Source: Saccostrea cucullata (lineage: Eukaryota). Taken from it: a stretch of 64,000 bases of DNA. The translations under genes and the position numbers were made by a program. This document shows, piece after piece, positions 15,056-28,800 of this stretch. The notes under the pieces are model-generated. The model worked only from the letters and a program-made list of their open reading frames with translations. It was not told where the DNA came from and did not search any database. How positions within the stretch are numbered: position 1 is the first letter of the stretch; the number at the start of each line of letters is the position of its first letter. The DNA is taken from positions 1-64,000 of the forward strand of contig NW_026940042.1 of NCBI RefSeq assembly GCF_032062105.1, read 5' to 3'.

Positions 15056-18000
15056 CCTCACGCTTTTGTCTTAAATCTTGTCACGTACACAGTAGACATG
15101 TACGAATTAACAGTCCATATGTTTCATTTCATTTTCATGTACATATTTCATACATTCACTACAGTATTATGCATTAATTTGAACTATAAATTATACTGGA
15201 ACTGACAAAAAATAAAAAGACTTTATAAACATGTATGTTAAATTCATTCATTAAATTATGAAAAGGGAAATTGCAAGCAAACAATTCTAATTTCATCGTG
15301 CAATATTAATCTAGTTGATCGTAATCATAAATTTAAATTTCAAAACTTAGAAATTAGTATAGATCCTCCAAAGAGAATAATTATCCTCATTTGCACTGTA
15401 TCATTGAAAACTCCTTTACTTAATTTGTAGGCAGATGCAAGCAATAAACTGATTAAAGGTTAAGTTGAGCATTTAACACTTTAATAACATCAAAGACATT
15501 CAAGCTGGCATTAAGTTACTTCAGGAAAGACCCATACACCCCTGGTATCTCCCCCCAAGTGTTCTAAAGGTAATATTTCTCTTCCTTAGTAAAATACTAT
15601 AATACTCCCTCATAAAATTCTAACCCTGCCTGAGTCTGTTATTTAGGACTCAATGCCTGATCCCTATTCTACATAACATACCGTGGACCACACCCCAATG
15701 CTCACCAGCCAAATCTAGGTGGGGGGACCTGACAGGTGAATAAGGTCACAGCACTAGGAAAATCCTTAAATGTGTTAACTTGCACCCACTCAACCATCAT
15801 TGGAGGGGTGGCTTAATACTCATCCCCGTACCTAATCTATGAAGAATAAAGGACTCTTAAACTCACAAATGATTAGACAACAATCATTTCAACAAAGCAA
15901 ATCAATTTAAGGGCATTATATACATTATCACTTTTAATATACTACCAATGTAGGAAGCAAAATAAAACTTTTTGCTATATTATCTTTTCTATTAGAATTC
16001 AATTGCCAACAAATCTGCATGTGATAAAATAAATAATAAAAGTGGCTTTAAACAAGCTGAGCACACAAGACCAGAACTTTGCAGACCCCCTCATGGCTAT
16101 ATGTCTCCAATGAACATTTGCATTCAATTTCCCTTCAATATATTTGATTTCATTGTTGTGATATTTAAATGCACTTCATACAGTGCCATGAACTGCTCAT
16201 AAAATTTGACTACAACTGTTGTTAGGCAATAGCAGGTATTAACGTTCATACTAAATAACAGTGTGCATGCTAGTCCCTGGTCTGATCTAGGCACAGGGGC
16301 CTCCCAACCTACATTTAGTGACTTCTGTGTTCTGGAAGAGAAAATTCATGACAGTAATTGTACATGTTTATTGTTCCTACAAAGTTCAAGGGAGTAGAAT
16401 TGAGGTTTTAATGAAATATTGACCTATTATGGTCACTCAAAGCATAGAGATGTCAGTTACAGTTGCCATAAACTCATTACTCTGAAGCTATATTTTCTCC
16501 TACCTGGCCAATTATAGTTTGTTTACAAACTATAATTGATTTGCATCATTTAACTTCTACTGTGGCCTATCAATCTGTGCTGTGAAGCAAGAACACTATA
16601 CTTCCAAGTACCCGGTACCATTAAATTATTCTTTCTTTTTTGCCTGACATAAATTCTGAAATGATTAGAATATAATATTTTCATAAAACATAAGAATCAT
16701 AAATTAATATTTTACTTTCATTAAATAAGATGTCACTTTTAATTTAATTGAAAACAAAAAAACTTAAGCTATTATGTGGAAAATTTCTGAACTTGAACTT
16801 ATCTTTTTGGACTAAAAATCAAAAAGGATCTTATTAACTGATCATAAGGAATTGTGATATAAAATGTCATTGCAAATTCTCGAATGTTTCTTAATTAAGA
16901 TAATGCCTGCATGGATATAAAAATGTTATTTGCATGTACAACGTATAAATTTATGACCTTGACAAATATATGATCTTATTCAACCTAACTGAAAGAAACT
17001 CAAAGAAAAAGTTAAATCTGTATAAAATAATATTTGCAAGGTTTAAACTTTAAGACCTTGGCCTTTATTGTTCCTTTGACCTCAAAATCAACCATAAAGA
17101 GTTGTGCTGTGAAATTTAATTGAAAATCTCAAAGCTTCGTCAGGTTTTGAAACAAACATGTTATAAAGACAAAATGTATGAATTTATTTATTTCCTCAAG
17201 ATGTAAGGTGTGATAGACACATGGGCAGACATGCAGCCAGTCAGAGACAAACAGACAGACAGAAGCCAAGCAAAATGAACCCTAAATGTTACTCTGCTAT
17301 GTAAGTATGTCTTACTGAAATCACACCAAAACTATCAAATGAAACCCATTTTGATAGGATCTACTTCTTGAAACCATGACAACACTGTTCACTGAAAATC
17401 AACAGACAGAGTTTTGTATCAAAGTGTATTGAACTATTTTACTTGTGTATAAAGTGATGTGGAAATCAAAAACTTTAGAAGTAGCAGCTGAAAAAAAAAA
17501 TGTTAACAGACAAACAGACCATCAATTAATGATAACCTTACTATCAAATAAGCACTGACCAGTAAGACTAAAACCATGCAATCATATAAAAAAAATAATT
17601 ATCATTTCCACATGATTTTAAAAATTAATAAGTGCTTGTAAAGTATAAATTTTGATTTTAAGCTCCAAATCAGACATCATAGCTAGATAATAAAAATTAT
17701 CATTTTCTTGTTCTTACAAACAATTCAAATGTATACACATGTATTACAAGGTATAATATTTTTTTTAAATATTGCTTTAAATCATTTTAAAAGTTAACTG
17801 AATTTATTTTTCCTCAAGATTTTAATCAATATATATTAAGCATAAAAAATATGCCAGAATATGCAGTTGAGCTTGCATGCTTATGAATTTAACATTCCAG
17901 ACCTCACAATATATTAATTTACTTATGTGCCCCTGTAACATTTCATTTAAAGAACACCTTCATGATACATACATGTGATAATTGACAAAAAATATATATC

Positions 18001-18970
18001 TATTCAAAGAAGAGTAACTCCAACATTTATTTAAACAAGCTGGTAAAAACATCATTGTATATACCCCAATAATGATACTTAGAAATGTGTATTTAAAAAA
18101 AGAAATGAATGAAGGGCATATGGTATATTAAGGTAAATGACCAATCATATTATAATTTAATAAATCATTAAATATTATCATAGGAAAAATTTCTTTTCCT
18201 TTTTTTTTTTTTTACATCAATCGGGTTGTCAGACATATTTATTTGTATGAAAATACATCCAAAGTGCTAACAATCATTGATCTGGAATCAAACCTACAGG
18301 ATATGATTTTAATATTCAGGAACATGCTCAGTTTGTAAAAATTTAACACATAAAAATTTAATTCACCCTATTTTAACCAAAATTCGTAAAAAATTACAGA
18401 ATTAAAAATAACCTGTTATACAGTATGAGTAATGACACATTGGGAACTTATGTCCTTTTTATATAAAAAGCTTAATTATGAAAAAAAATTATTTCACATA
18501 ATTCACAATCACTCAATCAATCTACTTTGAATAGTTTATTGAAGCTCTGATGCTGATTTAATTCAAAGGACCTAATGAGTAATTGTGCGTGCTTCTTTTC
18601 AGTTTGGGGTGATTATCAGGTATCAGGAATATTATACATCTGTTTGGATGATTACAAAACAAAGAAAAGCTGGAGACCAACATCCTGAGGTTAAAATTGC
18701 GGAAGATTCTCACGTGTGGATACCGAAAGGATGTTTGGATGATTGCAAGAATAATATATTGCTTCTCAGAAAATCACTCATATTAGTCAAAATGCATGTA
18801 TTTTTCTGATGGATCCCATGTAAATTTGGGCTGCTGTTTCTCTCCTTTGCTTTTTGTATACATATATATGCACTAGTCTACATTATTATAAACATTTAGT
18901 TATATACATTACCTACACTGCTTTGACAAGGAAATCTAGTATGTACTCCCAAATTTCCAGCAGACCTGGA

Positions 18971-20243
18971 TTAAGGATTTTTGTCAATATTCTTCATACT
19001 TCTGAGCAGAAAAGCTTCATAGTCATACTTCTCAGGCACTCTAGCCCATGCTATAATAAAATAAATTCACATATAAATTCATATAACTATGTCAACAATG
19101 TAATACACAATACACAAAACTAATTAAAGAACTCCTAGCTCCCCCCCCCCCCTGCCCCACTGCCCCATACTAAAGTTTTCAATGTCAATATTAGTAATAC
19201 CACTGAATAAAATTGCTTCTTTCTCCTGATCTAGGCATATTTGCAATGTTAAAATAAATAAATATACAAAACAATTATATTTAAAGCAAGAAGAGAGGTA
19301 CAAAGTGCTGCTCATACTGCAAGTTCTTACATCAATCCAATGCCTTGGTGAAAACAAAATGGATAGTCTATACAATGAACATAAAACCAAAATTTTCACC
19401 AAAGTTCAACATCATCCACAACCTGTTTGTTGTTGCCCAAATTAATTTCTTGAAGAAAAAAAAAAGGATTAAAAGACTCACTCACTCACTTCAATAAAAA
19501 TTGCTCACACTGATAAAATTTACCTGATAATGGATTTGCTGATATGCAACAAACATACCATTGATGTGTCGTAAGTCTACAGACCTCATGTATTAGATCT
19601 ATAACTTTACAAATGTATCATGTGGACTGAATGGGTCGGATCTAAGTAACTAGTAATAAATACTGATATATACTCAACTTTGGCTATCCCAATTATCACA
19701 CTGTCAAACATATAATACTATACCAGAAATTTCATATTATACTGTGATTACTGATTAACATAACACTGGTTTATTAATTATAACTGATTAAAGCAGAAAT
19801 AGATTCAATGAGCTGTTTTTCCATGAACGACACAACACAAAACAATGTTAACACTAGTAGTGGACACCAGACCAAAATGTTTGGTTCCTACGACATCTTG
19901 CTGAGATAAGTGAAATTATCAGTATATTATCTGTATGTGTTTGGTAAATATGGTAAATGATGTCACTAAGAAGACTTAAAGTATAAGTAATTATTTTCAG
20001 CGAAATGGGATTTAAGATGCAGGGGAAAAAATCAGTTCCCCGGGATCCGGTGATTGGAGTACTAGTTTTACCACCTGTCAAGCCAGACTGGCCTATAGCA
20101 TAAAATGCATACAATATACTCAGTACAACAACATTTTCAACAGTGCTTACAAATATAAAGTCCCAAAAACGACTGAATATCAACATACATTTTGTAACAA
20201 TGTCAATATTTCTATTTTCTATATTTCCCTCTTCCCTTTCCAT
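18971..20243 (-). CDS. Putative spliced 44-aa small ORF/uORF (exons 20243-20189 and 19050-18971): MEREEGNIENRNIDIVTKSWARVPEKYDYEAFLLRSMKNIDKNP
   Basis: Donor T|gtatgt and acceptor tttattatag|CA are phase compatible; the second exon continues to donor gtaatg at 18912. No family recognised. Confidence 0.3.
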
Positions 20244-20249
20244 CTTCAG

Positions 20250-20375
20250 ACGACATTATCTTCCTTCACGATTGGAGAGTCATGCGCAACTTACGAATGC
20301 GCAGACGCACTGCGTATGAAGGATGCGATCGCAATTTCATAAAATTGTGGAATAAAGTAAAAAGCTAGAGTGAGT
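20250..20375. promoter_or_regulatory. Probable bidirectional promoter
   Basis: CpG-rich island in AT-rich DNA with NRF1-like motifs (catgcgca 20281, tgcgcagacgca 20298) and an inverted CCAAT (20271). It is flanked by a + strand donor gtgagt (20370) and a - strand donor gtatgt (20188). Confidence 0.6.
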
Positions 20376-21219
20376 ATTTGAAAAGTGATATAAACATATA
20401 ATCAGAGAAGCAGCGAAGGTGGACGATTCAGTTTTTTCAAGTACCTGTATATTCTATCATTGCGCTATTTTGCAACCCAAGAGTGAAGACACAGTGGAAT
20501 TTGACCCCATGGACATGGTAAAATGTACTTACAGTACTATCGACGCTTGTTACCTTCTGCAGATTTGGAGCTCGCTGGTCTGAAAAATTGGGATGGATGG
20601 CCAGAGAGCTACAGTGCCACCCATAGAAAAAAAGACTACTTATTACGTACAAAAAGATGCACTCATAATTTAAGTCTCCAAATTCTAACCTTAACTGTAC
20701 AAAAGCTCGATTTCAAAATATTCTTTTATCCCTATCAACTGTACTCTCATATTTTATATCTGCACAGCCGTGTTGAACCAAATTTTCTTACTGTCCAAAA
20801 TGGCAGTGTACATAGACAGAATTTTCGATGGTTTCCATGTCAGGTCCAGAATATAGGCTATTTACAACAATTTTAAGGAATTTTTTGTATGGAAATAGTA
20901 CAAGAATATTTTAGAAACACACGGTTATAGTTATATTTGGAGATGGTAATTGGAAAAACTCGAAGAAATAATTCGAAAAATAGCACTTTTTTGTGTGCAA
21001 TAAATATACACTTTTTTTCAGTGGGTAGCTGTCAACATATTTTTTTACGGAGAGCTATTCAGTTCTGTAGCTAGCTTATTACAAAGACTTACTTTTGTCA
21101 CTTTTATACTTTGGTCCGTTGGTACACAAACAAAAGAATTGTCTAGATTAAGATATATCTGATCACTAATAATGAATGTTAGTTTATGAATATATAGATC
21201 ATTTTAACAGAATAACATA

Positions 21220-22154
21220 TACTGAAAGGAAAAAGAAACGCAGGGTAACATAATATTCGATAAATTTTTAACCGGATGACCGAACATTACGAATATTGGT
21301 CAGATGAGAAATTTAGTTACTTTGCACCAAAATCAGTGTTCAGAATTACTCAACCGTAAAATGTATGACGTCATATAGGGAAAATGCTAAAAAGCCCAAA
21401 ACGCGTGCAATTTGATGACAATGAATTTGTCAACAAATCTTGTTGGACCATTTGATACACCTGAGATATACATATTGTTTTTCAATATTTAGAGACGATA
21501 TGAATTTCTTGCAATCTTGGTACAGTCTATGGAAGTTCAATGGGGTCTTGTTTTCGAATTGCCTAATTAATGAATAGGGAAACAATGGTTAAGTAAGCAG
21601 TTTCTTGTAAATTTTCCCCCATAAAACTTGTTACCCGTTGTCAGAGAGGGCCTGGGATGGTTTTCAATCAACCGTGACGATCACGTTAACGCGAAACAAA
21701 CTCAACGAGCGGGTTAATTACCACAAAAACCGCCATTTATACACTAGACTATCATAATCAATACATTCACACGAAAAACGAAAGAAAACAATACTGTTTT
21801 GTTCCTCTCACTATCATTTGACTAATTTTTTTCGCGTGGTTACCCATGCCCAATATAGCCAGGGTTTGAAAGATAAACACCCTGATGAATTCCATGCAAA
21901 GGAGAAATAAGGTCCTGACAGATGCGCAGGAGAGACATTGAAGATAATGAGAGATTTTGATTTTCATTTTTGGGGGGTATCGTCAAATGAGCTTCAATAA
22001 CTCATGAATTATTAGACAAAATCAAGTGGGATTTTGGTTATATCTTTTTAAAAGAAGATTTTAAAAGTTAGATAGGAATAATTAAAAAAATTATTTGAAA
22101 AATAAATTTAATTCACCTCGAAAGTGTACCCTGCGTTTCTTTTTCCTTTCAGTA
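21220..22154. mobile_element. Tc1/mariner-type non-autonomous element in the 5'UTR intron of the zinc-finger gene
   Basis: 27-bp perfect TIR tactgaaaggaaaaagaaacgcagggt with TA duplications. Confidence 0.85.
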
Positions 22155-22694
22155 TATAAAATAGTCAAGTTTTGAAACTTTTTAAACGAATCCCCCATCT
22201 AGTTTGTTGGGTATGCCAGCTAGGGACTTAAATTAATTGCAGTTTAAAATGCAGAAATATCTATCTATGGTGGGCTTCCTACCCAACAAACTTGAGGTGA
22301 TTCCTGATATTTATCATGACCTTTGTTAGCAAAGAGTTTCTGATCCACTTCTCTTCTCACAAACTTCTTTCCAAGTGTCAAGTGAAGATGTATATATTTA
22401 CATTAAAATGTAAAATAGAAATGTAAATAATAAATCAAAATGATGTCTAATAGATTGAAATAAAAACATATTCCATGTCATTTACCATAGTCCTTGTCCA
22501 CTGATATCAGATGCATCGACAGCTAGGGAAATTGACATGCATTTTGGGGACTTGACCTTTCACTTGCCAAATTTACATTTATTTGTATATATGGAGAAAT
22601 ATACTTGACTTCATAAGTTTGTGACCTTTTTTTTGTTTGCAGTAGATTATTTGGTTCATTGTAATGATGAATACAGTGCAGATGTTGAAGTAGT

Positions 22695-22867
22695 ATGGCC
22701 TTGTCCATTGGAAGAGACTCCTGTCTTCACTGTGGCAGACTTCTTTCTAACAGCCAGTCCCCCTCTCCACCCTTGATAGATTCAACAGAATGGACGGATA
22801 TATTGTTGTCAGTGTTTTCAAAAGAGAAAACCTACCACAATGCTGAGAAGGAAAGCTTCTGTGACAG
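22695..22867 (+). CDS. Zinc-finger gene coding exon 1 (MALSIGRDSCLHCG...ESFCD)
   Basis: Acceptor ttttgtttgcag at 22642, ATG at 22695, open frame to donor AG|gtaaaa; phase 2 matches the next exon. Confidence 0.75.
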
Positions 22868-25800
22868 GTAAAATTTTTTATGTTTGTCAATAAATTTCAA
22901 TTAAGTTAAACATACTGTATGTGTACTTTAAAAAGCGGGCTTCATACTTTAGCTGCTTTGGCTTAGACAACAATGCGCTAATTCATGAATACCACTAAAA
23001 AATCATTGACATATACAATACACTGAATGGACGTGTGTAGCTCTAATTTATGATTACGCCAACAACTCCATACCCATTGATTACGCTAAATTTTGAATAC
23101 GCCAAATTATGTACATGTATAGTAGTCAATTTTCAATTGTTTAATTGCCAATGAATGCATTATTGTCAGGAGTCCATTTATTATCCACTCACAACAGAAT
23201 TGGAGGGGATATAGTAATGAGTGAGTGTGTTGATTTGTCCTTGTCCTTGTGCAGAACAGAAGTGACATATTTTGCATCAGGATCATGCAATGTCAATTGC
23301 TGCATTGATTTATAGATCTGTATGCTATTTGCAACTCAGCAAGGGGATGCACTGCTTCACAGTGCCCTTGTCTTTTTTTTTGGTAAAATGATGTCATAAA
23401 TAAATTGTGTGGAAGAGTCATATGATAGAAATGATATGATGAAAAGTTTAAAATAGAAAATTACTATTGTAATGTATATATTATTTTAATATTATCAGTA
23501 TGATATTTTGTATATTAGTTTTGAAGAGTTTATAAATGTGAGATTTTCTTTCAAATTTAGGTGCACATCCTCAATTCTCCAAGTTCACAAGACTCAGGAG
23601 GAATCAGTAAATGCAATAAACAATTTGGCAGCCTTAGCGAAGACCCAGGATGTGTCCTCAAATCTCCTGTCACAGAATGTTGTGTCATCTGCTGCAGAGG
23701 TAAAGTGGAGAAACATCAGCAAGGAATATGGTTGTTGCATAGATTTCAACCAGAGTTATCTAACTCTAGAATTACAAGTTAAATATTGTAACAAAAAAAA
23801 AGTGTTCAGCTTAAGTGTATTTTAATATTATGATTCTAAATAGTTTGCATGAGAATTTTGAAAACGAATTCTTGATTCAAATGTATAACACTTAAGAAGA
23901 TATTGTTCTTTGTAAAGTCAAAATAAAAGAATTTATTGAAAATTGGTCATGATATTTTTTAGGATCCTGAGCTTGACTGGTTCTTTGTGAGCTTTAATAG
24001 CAAGGAAGGTTCACTCCTATGGAAGGGCTCCGATAAAGGCTTGAACTTCATCAACAGTAACGACTCCATTAGCCACTCCTTCTTCCAGTATTGTACAGGT
24101 ACTCACACCTCAGTTAAGTCAGTATAAAAACCTCAGACAATGCATATACCTTTACCAACATTTCTTTTTATGTTGAGGAAAAACAGAAAGTAATACATCA
24201 CTTAATAGGTGACTTGCTGCTAACATATTTTGTTTGCATTATTGTAAAAGGCAAAGATTTATTTAGGTATATTTAAGACAAATCTTTCAAAATCTTCTGA
24301 TGAAGAATAGCAAATCTATGATTGGTCATATGTAATTCAGCAAACATAGGTAGTGTGTGTCAGGTTTGTTATGTCCCCCTTCAAAGAAGGGAGGGCATAT
24401 TGCTTTGCTGCTGTCTGTGGGTCGGTCTGTCAGTCCAGCATCAGTTTCCATTCATTTTCTTATCAGAGGTTGCACATATTGAAATGAAATTTTGTAATCG
24501 GGTACATCATAAGAATGTCTAGGTCAGATCTGTTTTGGGTACGATCGTTCCATATTGGACAGAGTTATGCTCCTTTGACTTAAAAAAAATTCCAATTATT
24601 TGCAGTTTCTGTTCATTTTCTTTGCAGAGATTGCACATACATTGAAATGAAATTTGGTATAAAGATTTATTATCAGAATATCTAGGTCATGTTCTGTTTT
24701 GGGTAGGATATGGAGGAGGGGGGCATAAATGTTTTACAAACACCTCTTGTTCAGATCATGATTCTCAAGGGAAGGATGTAGCCACAATAATAAATTAATT
24801 AAAATTTAACAAGGAAATACAAGGAAAATGTAAATATGTTCTTAAAGCTGAATACTACTCGGAAAAAGGCATAGTCCGCCATATTCCCCGGTTCATCAAT
24901 GCTTTTCCCAAACAACCCCTTTATAAGCAGCTGATCTCTTAACAGTTAAATTTATTTTGATTTAGAGGTCTGACAAGTGTAGACATACATCTTACACTGC
25001 TGTGCTACTTGGTCACGATGAAATTATCAAATTGTTTGTAACATATAAAATATAAATTATTTTGTAGATATAGCCGCCAACCAGATACAAGAAGATGATG
25101 ATCAACAAGATGGAGAAGAAGAGGTACAACTGACAACAAGTGTTGCAAGTTCCCTTGATGAATCTTGTGAACATTCAGAAGGAAATCAAGACTTAATGTG
25201 GAACTGCTGTGTCTGTAATGCTAATTATAAAACTAAGAAACTGCTGCTGTATCACATCCAGAAAACCCACAGCCTCAAGGGAGAGGAGGCTCAAAATGTG
25301 GCCAAAAGAAAATTCACTTCAGACGACACGGAAGTCTTAAGGGCAAAAGTAATGAAAACGGAGGACAGAGATTACAAAGAGAGGATTGAAAATGATGAAC
25401 AAAAGCACTGGAAGTGTTTAGAATGTGGAAAAATTTACATGTACAAAAGCAATGTCAAATACCATTTGAAGAAAGAACACAATATCAGCATGGCTGAGTC
25501 CTTGGAATACATAGCAGAGGCAACTTTTGAGGAAGTTACAAAAGCATTAGAAAAGGAGAAAGAGGGTTTAATGTACAAGTGTAAGAAGTGTGACAGACTG
25601 TACAGACTCAAGTCCTCTGTAGTAAGACACCTAAAGACTTACCACCATGTAGGAATGAAAAATGTCCCCAAATTTATTGTAATAAACAATGTAGTCCCCC
25701 AAGATGATATAGAGAGTCATGAAGCTCCAAATTTAGACCAGACACCTATGATTTCTGAAGTCAGGAATAATCTTACAGCAGAATCAGAGAAAGTGAAAGC

Positions 25801-28800
25801 ATGGACATGCAAAATTTGTCAAGTTTCATTTCAAGATCAGAAATTAATTGAGGAGCATATGTCTCAAGTCCATGAAATGAGGGTCAGCAAATCCAGAGCT
25901 TATATGGAGATTCCAAAGTCTGATGATGATGATGAAGGTGAAGGTGATGAAAGTGATGAATTAGGACCACCAAATATATTCCAATGCACAAATACAGATA
26001 AAGACTATCAAGTGTGGGGTTTCAGCTCTCTCAGAACAAGAGTTAAGCAATGGGGTTGTCAAAAATGTGGAGGTCAATTTTGTCACAAAAGAGATGCTCT
26101 TAGACATCTTCGTATTAGGCATTATTTGTCAGGAGAAAAGCGTTATATATATTTGAAGAAACTTGATACTGTTGACAGTATGCCTGAGTTGGAGAAGGAA
26201 CCCTCAGCACCCAAAAATGTTAAGAATTGGCAGTGCACAAAGTGTCGCAACAAGTATGTGTACAAAGGAGATGCTGCTCGCCATATACAGCTTCACCATG
26301 GAATTGATCATAACAGAGAAGACTTCATCATGTACACTGGCTCACAAGATAAACAGGATATAGGAATAGATAAGAATGACAAACAGGAAACAGGAATGGA
26401 TAAGAATGACATCATCATCATAGAATCCAATGAAGAGGACCTGTCCCCTGAGGCAGACGACACTGTAACTGAAGCAATTGGAGAGAAATTCAAATGGGGA
26501 TGTCAAAGGTGCAAAAAGGTCTTCCTGAGAAAAAACAAGCTGGTAGAACATATGAGGAACTATCATAATTTAACTTTAACAGAGTCAGGGGAGGAAGGAA
26601 AAAATATTTTAATTCAGAGTCCACTTGGAGAGGGAATAAAATGGAAAAAGGATGTTGATGAAGAACCTGAGGTTCAGGTAGAGGTTGAAAGCACCAAGGG
26701 GAAACCTCAAAAGGAATGGTTCTGCAAATTGTGTCACAAAAGCTATTTTCGTCATTCAGATGGAGCTAGGCATTGCAGGAATGCGCATAATGTAACTTAT
26801 GATGAGGGAAAGCTTATGGTTATACATGTTTCAGAAATGTCTGGAGATGAAATGAATAATTCAGAGGAAAAAGTAAATAGAGGGGAAGAGGAAAATAAAA
26901 AGGAACAACCCTGGAAATGTATAAAATGCAACAAGCAGTTTCAAAACAAGTCAGATGTTCAGCGGCATCTGACAGATGATCATTTCATCACTGATCAGGA
27001 TCATGAGTTTTTCATTGAGAGGAATAAGAACTATACCAGAAAATGGAAGTGCTGTAAATGTGGACAAAGATTTTTTCATCGTTTTGAGGCCTCCAGACAT
27101 GTTAACTTGACACATGATATTGAGTGGGGGAAGACAAAAGACTATGTCCAGTTTCTTGATGAAGATGGTTCAAGCTTTGAAGAAGTACAGAATAAAGATG
27201 GTTCAAAACCATATGTATGTATGATTTGTCAGAAACTTTTTGGTGCAAAGAAACCCTTAATGAGTCATCTGCAGAAATTTCACAAAGCTAAGATTAATGC
27301 TGATAATTTCGGAGAGCATGTGCTAAGTTTTCACAAAATGCATGCAAGAAACTGGGATTGTGTATCAGAGGATACTGAAAGTAGAGAACATACTGTTCCT
27401 TTGTCACTTTTAGGTTCCTACTTAATGGAAGAAAGCAAAGAAGCTGGAGAAGATGGTTCAATTGATGTGAATGGCATCAACATTAAGATATTATGTGAAG
27501 AAGGCTCTTTTACAGAGGATAACTGGGCAAAGATTATTGGAACCAGTTATGATAGCACCTGTAACAAATCCACTTCATACCGACCAAAGAATGACGTGGA
27601 AAACAAGCGGTTTAGTTGCATGATTTGTAACCTTAAATACTACAAAATGAAGGAAGCTCAGAGACATCTGTATTTGAAGCATAAGATATCCTATATAGAA
27701 GCTGTTAATTATATTATTGAAAACAAAGATGTGGTTTTTAATCAGGATGCTGAAGGTCTTGGTGAAAGAACCCCCAAACGTCGAAAAATAGGGGAAGGCA
27801 AGAGCGGAGTTTTCTTCTGTACACAGTGTATGAAGTCTGCCATCCATTTTCAGTCCAGTCAGCTTCATATTGTGAAATACCACAAGGAAAAGAAGGAAAA
27901 TATCCACAAAAAGATTTGCAGATCCCAAAATGTTGAAGTGTTGAAACTAGGAAATGAAGATAAAATGAACTTTGTCTGTATGCTCTGCTTTGTAACATTT
28001 AGGAGCAGAATTGATGGTTTTAAACACATTGCTAAAGAACACTCAGTAGTGCCTGAAGATGAAATATCTGAGTTCTTGTTCACAAAGGAAGACAAGATGA
28101 AAACCTGTATAGTTAAGTTTGAAAAATTGAGTGGCCTCATCAAAATCTTCAGTGTTACAACAGAAGACATCTTGAATGATGTGAAATTTTCAGAGGAGAA
28201 CAATAAAGAAGATGGATCAGATTCGGAAGATGACAAAAAAGTCAAGATTGAAAAAGATGATGGAAAAGAAGTTCATATGGAATATGAGAATGTTGAAGAT
28301 TCTCTAGCAATCCTTTTAATGAATATGAGCAACCCAGAGAATTTTCAGAAATTTGCATACAATGAGTTTTATTACATATTCTCAATACCTGCTAAATCAC
28401 AAAAGAATGTAGCTTTAAGTGAAGTTAACCACATTCCATGTCCAAACTGCCCCAGAGAATTTATTGATCACCATGCTCTCCATAGACACTTGCTATCCTG
28501 TTGTGTACCAAGACAAAATGCTTGGGAATGTCTAAATTGCAGAAAAAGTTTTAAATCTGTTGGAGTTTTAGTGAAACATATTCAGAAGATGTATGGAATT
28601 CAGGGTTCTAATGTGTTGAATTTCATGAGATCAAGAGAAATCCTTATTGCTCCAGAAAATGGTGTGGAAATTTCAGTGGATGGCCGGAATGACCAAGGCA
28701 TTCGTTCTCTTTACCATTCAATGTCAAGTCAAGAAAATATGGCAGAAGAAGATGAAGTGGATGATGAATTTGAAGTAAGCCTTGATGAGGGGGACTCCAG

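Noticed and set aside
19854-20188. Remainder of the 129-aa ORF 19854-20243
   Set aside because: Reads through a strong gtatgt donor into intron-like sequence.
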